DNA of 64,000 nt from a bacterium. Its GTDB lineage: Bacteria > Patescibacteriota > UBA1384 > JBDRDK01. Positions 49,098-57,298 of the stretch are shown piece by piece (the first letter of the stretch is position 1; each line of letters starts with the position of its first letter). The notes under the pieces were generated by a model. It saw only the letters and a program-made list of their open reading frames with translations. It did no database searches and was not told the origin of the DNA. The translations under genes and the position numbers were made by a program. The stretch spans positions 82 through 64,081 of the forward strand of contig JBDRDK010000062.1 in NCBI GenBank assembly GCA_043820855.1. The letters are read 5' to 3'.

Positions 49098-49895
49098 ATG
49101 AAAGAATTTAATCAAAGTATTATAATCGCAATAATAACTATTTTGATAGCCGGGTTAATTATACCCGATAATTATTTTATTGCTCCTGTTAGATCTTTTT
49201 GTTATCAAGCTATAAAACCAGTTAACTCTTTTATTAGCGGAGCTTCTATCGGCACTAAGAATTTTTTTAATAATTTTTTACAAATTGATCGAGTTTTGGA
49301 AGAAAATCAAAAATTAGAAGAAGAAAATGCCAATTTAATTGCTGAAAATGTTCAAATATCAAACCTAGAATACGAGAATCAGATACTGAGAGAACAGTTA
49401 AATTTTGTGAATCAGCATAAAAAAATCAAGATAGTCGGTGCAAATATCATTGCAAAGGACCCAGATAGTTTTCTGCAGACCTTTACTATATCCATAGGTG
49501 AAAAACACGGGGTTAAAGTTGGTCAGGCAGTAATATTAAATAGTTATTTAATAGGAAAAATTGAAAAATCATTTGATAATCATTCCAATGTACTACTAAT
49601 AACTAATCGAGAAAGCGTAATAAACTCCTTAGTTCTTGATAGTCGGGCTAATGGAGTAGTGATAGGAGGGTTAGGTTTTGGATTGATCATTGAATCCATT
49701 CCCCAAGATGCTGATATTAAATTACATGATAAAGTAATTACTTCGGGATTAAGTAAAGATATTCCATTTGGATTGATAGTAGGTCAGATTAGTGAAATTA
49801 TTTCAGATGAAAGCGAGATATTTAAAAGAGCAGCAATCAACTCTCCGATAAATTTCAGTAATCTAGAAACAGTTTTTGTAATTATTGATTTTTAG
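49098..49895 (+). CDS. mreC: rod shape-determining protein MreC
   Basis: TM helix, coiled coil (ENQKLEEENANLIAEN) and VITSGLSKDIPFGLIVGQI. It follows mreB directly. Confidence 0.85.
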   Translation: MKEFNQSIIIAIITILIAGLIIPDNYFIAPVRSFCYQAIKPVNSFISGASIGTKNFFNNFLQIDRVLEENQKLEEENANLIAENVQISNLEYENQILREQLNFVNQHKKIKIVGANIIAKDPDSFLQTFTISIGEKHGVKVGQAVILNSYLIGKIEKSFDNHSNVLLITNRESVINSLVLDSRANGVVIGGLGFGLIIESIPQDADIKLHDKVITSGLSKDIPFGLIVGQISEIISDESEIFKRAAINSPINFSNLETVFVIIDF

Positions 49896-49907
49896 AAATA
49901 CATTATT

Positions 49908-50414
49908 ATGAATTTATTATTAATATTAATGAGTGTAGTTTTTCTAGCGATATTTCAATTTAGTGTTTTATCTTTTTTTTCAATCTGGGGTATTGTAATC
50001 AATGTATTTATATTAATATGTATTGCTCTAGCTATCCGAAGATGGGATGAATATGCACCACTATGGGTAGGTATAGGTGGCCTGTCATTAGATTTTTTAA
50101 ATTCAGGTCAATTTGGCTTATATACTTTAAGTTTAGGCACAACATATCTAATTATTAGATGGCTTTCAGTTCGAATATCGATATTAATCGAGAAGCAATA
50201 CTTAACAGCAATATGGGTTTTTGTCGGAGTTTTATACTTCAATATCGCAGTTGGTTTAATATTATTATTATCTGGAGAGATTACTAATATTTTTAGTTAT
50301 GGATTAATTATTATTAAATCTCAGGTTATTCATATGCTATTATATATTCCAATTGATTATATAATAAAAATCTTTTATTTACGTAAATTAAACAAATCTC
50401 AAATCAATTTATAA
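49908..50414 (+). CDS. mreD: rod shape-determining protein MreD
   Basis: 168-aa polytopic membrane protein positioned between mreC and mrdA. Confidence 0.7.
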   Translation: MNLLLILMSVVFLAIFQFSVLSFFSIWGIVINVFILICIALAIRRWDEYAPLWVGIGGLSLDFLNSGQFGLYTLSLGTTYLIIRWLSVRISILIEKQYLTAIWVFVGVLYFNIAVGLILLLSGEITNIFSYGLIIIKSQVIHMLLYIPIDYIIKIFYLRKLNKSQINL

Positions 50415-50416
50415 TT

Positions 50417-52321
50417 ATGAGCTTATTTGACGAATTTTATAAAGGTATAAATAGTGACAACGAAAAGAAAAGATATGTAAAATCTGATTTTGATTTAGAT
50501 TATGAACGGGATGAATTTACAGAAATTGAGTCAAAACCGAGCCTGATATGGTTTTCTTTGCTTACTGTTGTAATTTTTGGGGTGTTAGTTTTTAGATTAT
50601 GGTTTTTACAGGTTGCCCAAGGTGATTATTATTTTGAGTTAGCCGAAGGTAATAGAATACGTATTGAAAATACTACAGCTTCTAGGGGTGTAATCTATGA
50701 TAGAGATGACGGAAAGCTAGTACAAAATACCGCCAGTTTTAATATTGAAATATCGCCACAAGACTTGCCAAATGACAGCGATAAATTAGAAAAAAATATT
50801 TCAATAATCAGTCAGATTCTCGGTATTTCAGATTCAGAAATTATGGAAAATGTAAATAATGTTCAAGGAACCGATCCGATAATTCTTAAAGAAAATATCG
50901 ACCGGAATCAAGCTTTGAAATTAAAGGAAGAGTTAAGTGTTCAAAATATAGCAAAAGTAAAAGAACACGCGACTCGTAGTTATGTATCTGGATATGGTCT
51001 ATCTCATATATTGGGGTATGTAGGTAAAGTAACCAAAGAAGATCTCGAAGATCAAGAATATCTGTCAACCGACATTATTGGAAAAATTGGGCTTGAAGGT
51101 TATTACGAGGAATATTTAAAAGGAAAAAACGGAAAGGAGCAAATAGAGGTTGATGCTAGCGGAAGATTAAAGAGAATATTAGCATCACTCTCAGCAGAGA
51201 GCGGTAATAATATCAAGCTATCTCTTGATATGGATTTACAAAAAAAAACTTATGAGATTATTAAATCTGCTACTCTGCGTAGAGGAAGTCCAGGTGGTGT
51301 AGGTATTTTAATGAATCCAAAAAATGGAGAAATATACAGTATGGTTAGTGTTCCGGATTTTGATAATAATATATTTACAATTTCAGAAAAACACGTATTT
51401 GAAAAAAAATACAAAGAATTACTAGATGATCCCAACCTACCTTTATTTAATAGAACAATAAGTGGGGCATATCCTTGCGGATCGACTATTAAACCAGTAT
51501 TGGCTGCTGCTGCACTTAACGAAGGTACAATTTCAGCCTCAACTTCACTTATTGCTAAGGGATTTATTGAAGTTCCAAATAAATATAATCCAGAAATTAT
51601 TTATAAATTTCCTGATTGGAAAGTACATGGATGGGTAGATACCAGAAGAGCGATTGCAGTTTCTTGTGATGTATTTTTTTATGCAGTTGGAGGTGGATAT
51701 GAACATATCAAGGGTTTAGGTTTAGAAAAAATTCGTGCATACTACTCAAAGTTTGGTTTGGGAAAAAAAACCAGGATTGATTTAATGGGTGAAGTGGCTG
51801 GTTTAATACCATCAGAAGAGTGGAAAAAAGAAGTTAAAGGTGAAAGTTGGTATCAAGGAGATACTTATCATATTTCCATAGGGCAGGGAGATTTACTGAC
51901 TACTCCCCTACAGGTTTTAAATTTTACTGCAGCCGTAGCTAATGGAGGAACCTTACTTAAACCACATTTAGTTTCGGAAATACGTGATAGTAAGGGAAAA
52001 ATAATTGATAAGATTGATAAACAAATACTTGAAAAAGATATGGTAGCAAAGGGTCATATTCGCACTGTACAGGAAGGTATGCGTCAAGCTGTTACATCCG
52101 GAACTGCGAACATATTAAATTCATTACCCGTAGCAGTTGCAGCAAAAACCGGCACTGCTCAATTTGACAATAACAGCAAAACCCATACTTGGCTTACAGC
52201 ATATGGACCATATGATAATCCAGATGTAGTATTAATTGTTATGTTGGAGGGGGGGAGAGAAAACGGAGAAAGCGCTATGCCCGCTGCCCGAGAAATTTTG
52301 AACTATTATTTTAGTAGATAG
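50417..52321 (+). CDS. mrdA: penicillin-binding protein 2 (elongasome transpeptidase)
   Basis: RGVIYDRDG-type N-domain, active-site STIKP, SCD (an SxN variant) and KTGTAQ. Confidence 0.92.
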   Translation: MSLFDEFYKGINSDNEKKRYVKSDFDLDYERDEFTEIESKPSLIWFSLLTVVIFGVLVFRLWFLQVAQGDYYFELAEGNRIRIENTTASRGVIYDRDDGKLVQNTASFNIEISPQDLPNDSDKLEKNISIISQILGISDSEIMENVNNVQGTDPIILKENIDRNQALKLKEELSVQNIAKVKEHATRSYVSGYGLSHILGYVGKVTKEDLEDQEYLSTDIIGKIGLEGYYEEYLKGKNGKEQIEVDASGRLKRILASLSAESGNNIKLSLDMDLQKKTYEIIKSATLRRGSPGGVGILMNPKNGEIYSMVSVPDFDNNIFTISEKHVFEKKYKELLDDPNLPLFNRTISGAYPCGSTIKPVLAAAALNEGTISASTSLIAKGFIEVPNKYNPEIIYKFPDWKVHGWVDTRRAIAVSCDVFFYAVGGGYEHIKGLGLEKIRAYYSKFGLGKKTRIDLMGEVAGLIPSEEWKKEVKGESWYQGDTYHISIGQGDLLTTPLQVLNFTAAVANGGTLLKPHLVSEIRDSKGKIIDKIDKQILEKDMVAKGHIRTVQEGMRQAVTSGTANILNSLPVAVAAKTGTAQFDNNSKTHTWLTAYGPYDNPDVVLIVMLEGGRENGESAMPAAREILNYYFSR

Positions 52322-52421
52322 TTATTTGTAATATATCAAGAGAAATATAAAAACACTTTCGTGTCTTTTTTTATATGAGTCCGTGTGTAAAACAATGTTA
52401 TGATAAAGATATAATTAACTC

Positions 52422-54536
52422 ATGAATATTTACATCACTAACAACAACCAATTTGCAAAATTTTCTGCAGGTAAGTTAGCTACAAATATTGTTGAATTAC
52501 AACAGGAAATTCACAGGGATATTCTAATAGTGTTTGCTTCTGGTAATACCATGCTAGAAATTTTGAATGAATTATCAAAAAATCTACAAATAAATTGGAA
52601 TCGTATTCAAGCTTTTCATCTGGATGAATACAGGGGTTTGTCAATAAACAATAAATATTCATACGCTAATTTTTTACAAAAAAATTTATTTGATAAAGTT
52701 CAAATTCCCCAAGATAAGATCCATTTTATTAATGGTCTTGATCCAAATTTTCAAAAATACAAACAATTACTTAAAAACGGAGCTGACATTACGGTAGTTG
52801 GAATAGGTATGGATGGTCACTCGGCCTTTAATGAGCCAGGATCTGGCTTTAATAGCCAAATGAGGTTGGTGCGTCTTAATCCCAAAACACTCCAGTCAAA
52901 CAAAAACAAATATCCCCAGATTATTAATAATCCATATGCTTATACTCTCGGTCTCGGGGATATTTTTAAATCTAAAAAGATATTTTTGTTTGCCAATACT
53001 ATAACTAAAGCAAATGTTGTTAAAAGAGCTTTGGAGGGCTCAGTATCTACCAAGGTGCCAGCATCTATTTTACAAAAACACCCAAACGTTGATTGTGTAG
53101 TAGATGCAAACGCTGGAAGTTTATTATTCACCCAATATCACAATAAATTATTTGATTTAACTGCATCTATTGAAGACACTAATAATTTTTTTAAAACAAG
53201 TGATAGCTACTTGGTGTCATTCAAGCCCACAATTCCAGAATATATTCGAAAATTCCCGTTATTTGTAAACCAAAAAATATTAATCCTTGAAAATGCCAAG
53301 AATCAATCAGATTTATTTGCTGGTAATTTTATCAAAGCTTTAGAAAAGTACGGAAACAACTCCGTACAAAAGCTTATAATCTCTCATGATAATCAACACG
53401 AAATCACCAAAGAATACAATCCAAATATTATTTTCGCGCCTGAAAAAAATTCACAAGTTAAAACTTGGTTACGAAAATATATAAATAAAAAACCAGAAAT
53501 CAAATTACTATTATACGAGACAATCGAATCAAAATCTGATTTTAATTTATGTATCGGATTTGGAAAAGATGATCTTGGCGTTGCGATTAAAGCACTGCGT
53601 TCTCATAAAAGTCAAATCAAAAGAATAAATTTGCCGTTAATTAGTAAGTACTTATATGACATAAACACTGAATTATCTAAAGTAAAAAGTATTGATGTAA
53701 ACAAATATGCAAATATATTTTGGATGTATTATATAAATAAACATAAAAGACTTATAACAGTAAAAAACCAGAAATTACGGAAAATCGTGTTAGAGCCAAC
53801 TGCTAAATCTTCAGAATTTGAGATAGCACAAGATAATCAGATATTTATAGTTTCTCCTCATCCAGATGATACAGAAATAGCTTTGGGAGGATTTGTAAGA
53901 AAATTGGTTAAAGCCGGTTTTATTATTAATAATCTAATATACAAAGATGGTAGTAGGGGTGTTAATTTAGGTAATCTAGATAAAATACTTTCAAAAGTTC
54001 CTGCGAGTATTCGAAGACAAGAAGCTGAAAATGCACGAGCAATATTAAATAAAAATGTTTTAGGAAGAGTGAATAACATTTATTTGAATTTAAAAAACAA
54101 CGACAAACATAATTTTCAGAAACTCAAAGAAAATTTCCAGAAATATTTTCAAATAAAAAATACTAAACAATTTATTGTTATACTGCCTTGTTTAAATGAC
54201 AATCACCCTAGTCATATATATGCTAGTAAATTAACAATAGATGTATTAGGGAAGATAGCTTATCAAAATCAAACTAAAATCAGAATTCTTTTTTATCAAA
54301 CTCCTTGGGCTGGTAGATTTAATACATATTTTCACTTTGAAGAAATAGATAAATCACAAGACAAAAATGGTATAGATATTGCTAATTATCAAAAATTATT
54401 ATTATCAAACTTAACATCTGAATTGGTTGGAGAATTTGGAGATAAATCTATTGATTCACTATTACTAGGGGGAAAATATGTCGAAAGATTTCAGAGAACA
54501 ACCGTTAGAAATAAGAAGGACTTACAGAAAATATAA
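52422..54536 (+). CDS. fusion protein: NagB-like glucosamine-6-phosphate deaminase/isomerase domain, an unassigned middle region, and a PIG-L (LmbE-like) deacetylase domain
   Basis: Residues ~1-240 align to NagB (FHLDEYRGL, GIGMDGHSAFNEPGS, YAYTLGLGDI, VPASILQKHPN). The C-terminal domain has VSPHPDDTEIALGG and NDNHPSH (PIG-L motifs). The middle region contains ALRSHKSQI but no HPDD motif. Confidence 0.75.
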   Translation: MNIYITNNNQFAKFSAGKLATNIVELQQEIHRDILIVFASGNTMLEILNELSKNLQINWNRIQAFHLDEYRGLSINNKYSYANFLQKNLFDKVQIPQDKIHFINGLDPNFQKYKQLLKNGADITVVGIGMDGHSAFNEPGSGFNSQMRLVRLNPKTLQSNKNKYPQIINNPYAYTLGLGDIFKSKKIFLFANTITKANVVKRALEGSVSTKVPASILQKHPNVDCVVDANAGSLLFTQYHNKLFDLTASIEDTNNFFKTSDSYLVSFKPTIPEYIRKFPLFVNQKILILENAKNQSDLFAGNFIKALEKYGNNSVQKLIISHDNQHEITKEYNPNIIFAPEKNSQVKTWLRKYINKKPEIKLLLYETIESKSDFNLCIGFGKDDLGVAIKALRSHKSQIKRINLPLISKYLYDINTELSKVKSIDVNKYANIFWMYYINKHKRLITVKNQKLRKIVLEPTAKSSEFEIAQDNQIFIVSPHPDDTEIALGGFVRKLVKAGFIINNLIYKDGSRGVNLGNLDKILSKVPASIRRQEAENARAILNKNVLGRVNNIYLNLKNNDKHNFQKLKENFQKYFQIKNTKQFIVILPCLNDNHPSHIYASKLTIDVLGKIAYQNQTKIRILFYQTPWAGRFNTYFHFEEIDKSQDKNGIDIANYQKLLLSNLTSELVGEFGDKSIDSLLLGGKYVERFQRTTVRNKKDLQKI

Positions 54537-54543
54537 ATTGGGG

Positions 54544-54573
54544 TTGACAAAAAACAAAAATAGTTTTTATAAT
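54544..54573 (+). promoter_or_regulatory. candidate promoter for greA
   Basis: TTGACA, 18 nt, TATAAT. Confidence 0.45.
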
Positions 54574-54638
54574 ATAGTACCGAGCAGTTAATACAAATTG
54601 AAAACACGGTTATTTTTTTTACCGTAGTGAGGAGAAAG

Positions 54639-55103
54639 ATGATAGAAGGAAGAGTGATTACTAGGGAAAAACTTGAGGATCTGAAAAAGCAATTGCATGA
54701 ATACAAAACTAAAAAGCGTGTTGAGGTAGCTAAGAGAATAAAAGAAGCCAAAGAATACGGGGATTTATCAGAGAATTCAGAATATGAAGAAGCAAAAAAC
54801 CAACAAGCTTTTGTTGAGGGAAAGATAGCGGAACTAAAAGATATTATTAAAAATGCTAAAATTTTAAAATGTAGTCAAAAGAATGGAACGATTTGCGCTG
54901 GTTCAAAAATCACTTTACAAGACGCAGAAGGTAAGGAACATATATATACTTTAGTTGGAGCACTTGAGAGCGATCCAGCTAAAGGTAAAATTTCAATAGA
55001 ATCCCCCTTAGGCCAAGCTTGTATGAATAAGGAAAAAAACGATTCCATATCTGTTAATTTACCTGCTGGAAAAACCGAATTTAAAATAATAAATGTAGAA
55101 TAA
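54639..55103 (+). CDS. greA: transcription elongation factor GreA
   Basis: The ATG at 54639 lies 5 nt after AGGAG. EAKEYGDLSENSEYEEAK is the acidic finger tip, and a C-terminal FKBP-like domain is present. Confidence 0.93.
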   Translation: MIEGRVITREKLEDLKKQLHEYKTKKRVEVAKRIKEAKEYGDLSENSEYEEAKNQQAFVEGKIAELKDIIKNAKILKCSQKNGTICAGSKITLQDAEGKEHIYTLVGALESDPAKGKISIESPLGQACMNKEKNDSISVNLPAGKTEFKIINVE

Positions 55104-55121
55104 ATAATAATATTGATAAAT

Positions 55122-55145
55122 TAGACCCGATACAATCGGGTCTTT
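55122..55145 (+). terminator. hairpin terminator after greA (short T tract)
   Basis: AGACCCGA-TACAA-TCGGGTCT followed by TTT. Confidence 0.6.
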
Positions 55146-55356
55146 TATCCGCCCTTTGTCCCACTTCAATAAAACTTACGTGGGACTACGGGGGATGTCA
55201 CAATTCTTTTTCTTTTATAAAAGGCGGATAACCCCCCGACCTGTCCGCCATAGCTTTAGCGAAGGTGGAAGCTTTACGCGAAGGAGGGTCAAGATGGGGG
55301 CCACGGGCTACCTGTCCCTCGTAGCTTTAGCGTAGTGGGATGTCCGTGGAGTTCCA
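55144..55356. repeat. largest GC-rich repeat cluster (nested stems plus two 31-nt direct repeats)
   Basis: Outer stem TTATCCGCC (55144-55152) / GGCGGATAA (55222-55230). Inner stem GTCCCAC (55158-55164) / GTGGGAC (55179-55185). Direct repeats 55238-55268 and 55309-55339 match at 25 of 31 positions. Stem CCACGG...CCGTGG is also present. Confidence 0.8.
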
Positions 55357-55475
55357 TTTTTTAGTTAATCCTGTAAAATAAATACAGGTAATAGAAAATT
55401 TGGTTGCTAGTTATTGATGATCAGTTATTAGAATTTGGAAACCAGAGCGGAAAAAAATAGCGAATTCATAACTAG

Positions 55476-55520
55476 TAACTTCGTCCAAAGGACGATTAGT
55501 CTCTGGCTGAAATAACTAAC
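55476..55520. repeat. short form of the TAACTTCGTCCAAAG module
   Basis: It contains the hairpin CGTCC-AAA-GGACG and matches 1978-2095 at both ends, without that copy's internal segments. Confidence 0.7.
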
Positions 55521-55538
55521 AACTAATTAATATTGATT

Positions 55539-57080
55539 ATGTTTTGGGCAGATGAAGTCGTAAACAAAGCTATAAAGCAGTATGGCACAAAATCACACTT
55601 GATATCAACTGGTATAACTCCATCAGGTCATATTCATTTTGGACATGCAATGGAAGTATTTGTAGCTGATACTGTGAGAGTTGCTTTTCAAACCAAAAAA
55701 ATTAAACCTCGTTTGATTTATATCCATGATGATTTCGACCATTTGAGAAAAATTCCAAAAGGTATATCAAAAGAGTTTGAAAAATATTTAGGTACACCGT
55801 TAATATTCGTACCAGATCCTGAGGGAGATAAGCAAAAAAATTTCGTTGAGAGATTTCTTAATAATTTTTTTTATGCGTTAGATAATCTAGAACTGGATAT
55901 AGAAAAAATATCGCAATACGAACTTTATAAAAGCGGTAAGATGACTGATGTAGTGAGTGTTGCCTTAGAAAATAAAACTAAAATTAAAGAAATTCTTGAG
56001 AGAGTAAGTAATAGAAAATTAGATAAAAACTGGAATCCCGTTACTCCACTTTGTGAAAAATGTAATAAACTTGGTTTTAATAATGTCTTAAATTTTGATA
56101 TATCTAAACATATTGTGACTTATCAATGTGAATGTGGGCACAAGGGTCAAGCTGATTATTCTAGAGGTCAGGCAAAGCTAGTATGGAGAGTTGACTGGCC
56201 AGCAAAATGGAAAGTATTAAATGTCACAGTTGAGCCATTTGGAAAAGATCACGCAGTATCCGGCGGATCTTATGAATCGGGTAAAGAAATTAGTGAAAAG
56301 ATTTTTCATCGAAAAGCACCAATACCAGTACCTTATGAAAATATCCATTTAAAAGGGGTTCGTGGTAAGATGTCGTCATCAGTTGGAAATGTAGTTAGCT
56401 TAAAAGATGCAGTAGACAATTTCCCACCAGAAGCCTTACGGTATTTAATAATGCGAAAAAAACCCAATAGACACTTAATATTTGATCCCGGAGAAGGTTT
56501 ATTGCAGGTTATTGATGAAATTACTAAATTAGGAGATAAAACTAAGATTCAGAAATTTGATCAAAATCAGATTCGAGCTTATGAATTAGCTAAAACCAAA
56601 AAATCACGAATTAATATTTCTTTCCGGCATTTGATAAACGCTATACAAGCAGCACAAGGTAATATAAATGAAATAATCAGAATACTTAAAAGATCAGGTC
56701 ATCTGTCCAAAGCTTACAACAAAAAAGCTTTGGATATAGAGATAAAAAGAGCCCAAAATTGGTTAAAGAATTATGCACCAGAATCTGTGAAATTCGAAAT
56801 ACAAAAAACATTACCAAATACAGCAAAAAATTTAACTGAAAAACAAAAACAATTGTTAGTAAAATTAATTAATAAATTACAGAAAAATATTGACGCTGAA
56901 GTATTGCATAATTTTATATATGATACTGGAAAATCCTTGGGACTAACAGCTGTTGATACTTTTACACCAATTTATAGTATATTGTTAGGAAAAAAATCAG
57001 GTCCAAAAGTAGGTTGGTTTCTATCTATTCTAGACAGAGATTTTTTAATAAAAAGATTAAAAGAAGCCACAAAAAAATAA
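55539..57080 (+). CDS. lysK: lysyl-tRNA synthetase, class I (archaeal-type)
   Basis: MFWADEV..., TGITPSGHIHFGHAMEV (the HIGH-type motif), VEPFGKDHAVSGGSYESG and KMSSSVGN (the KMSKS-type motif). There is no class II motif and no OB-fold N-domain. Confidence 0.85.
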   Translation: MFWADEVVNKAIKQYGTKSHLISTGITPSGHIHFGHAMEVFVADTVRVAFQTKKIKPRLIYIHDDFDHLRKIPKGISKEFEKYLGTPLIFVPDPEGDKQKNFVERFLNNFFYALDNLELDIEKISQYELYKSGKMTDVVSVALENKTKIKEILERVSNRKLDKNWNPVTPLCEKCNKLGFNNVLNFDISKHIVTYQCECGHKGQADYSRGQAKLVWRVDWPAKWKVLNVTVEPFGKDHAVSGGSYESGKEISEKIFHRKAPIPVPYENIHLKGVRGKMSSSVGNVVSLKDAVDNFPPEALRYLIMRKKPNRHLIFDPGEGLLQVIDEITKLGDKTKIQKFDQNQIRAYELAKTKKSRINISFRHLINAIQAAQGNINEIIRILKRSGHLSKAYNKKALDIEIKRAQNWLKNYAPESVKFEIQKTLPNTAKNLTEKQKQLLVKLINKLQKNIDAEVLHNFIYDTGKSLGLTAVDTFTPIYSILLGKKSGPKVGWFLSILDRDFLIKRLKEATKK

Positions 57081-57176
57081 ATAACTAATGTCTAATTACT
57101 CTAATTTTTAAATAAATCCCAATAAACAAAAATTCCAAATACCAGATTTTTAAACATTAAAACATTAGACATTATT

Positions 57177-57240
57177 TAGGTTAATTATCTGTTCGATAAA
57201 CTCAGGGTATCCTGAGCAAAGTCGAAGGATAGGTTAATTA
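57177..57240. mobile_element. MITE-like 42-nt hairpin insertion flanked by 11-bp direct repeats
   Basis: TAGGTTAATTA occurs at 57177-57187 and again at 57230-57240. The two copies bracket TCTGTTCGATAAACTCAGGGTATCCTGAGCAAAGTCGAAGGA, which folds through TTCGA...TCGAA and CTCAGG-GTAT-CCTGAG. Confidence 0.55.
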
Positions 57241-57298
57241 AAAGATTATAAATTATAGTAACATTGTATAAATTGTCGAAAAATCAAAGGAGAATTTC

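Noticed and set aside
55247-55259. GCTTTAGC-containing segments as possible tmRNA tag-coding sequence, and the GC-rich clusters as tmRNA, SRP or 6S RNA.
   Set aside because: There is no tRNA-like acceptor/T-arm end (GGUUCGAAUCC...CCA) adjacent. No SRP domain IV motif is present, and no resume-codon/tag ORF context is present. The only tRNA-like structure in the window is tRNA-Gln.
55104-55538. A T-box or other riboswitch leader upstream of lysK. The same question applies to 57081-57298 upstream of serS.
   Set aside because: I could not find the conserved T-box core (AGGGUGGUACCGCG-like) or a specifier/antiterminator arrangement. The structured segments belong to the repeat family seen at unrelated loci.
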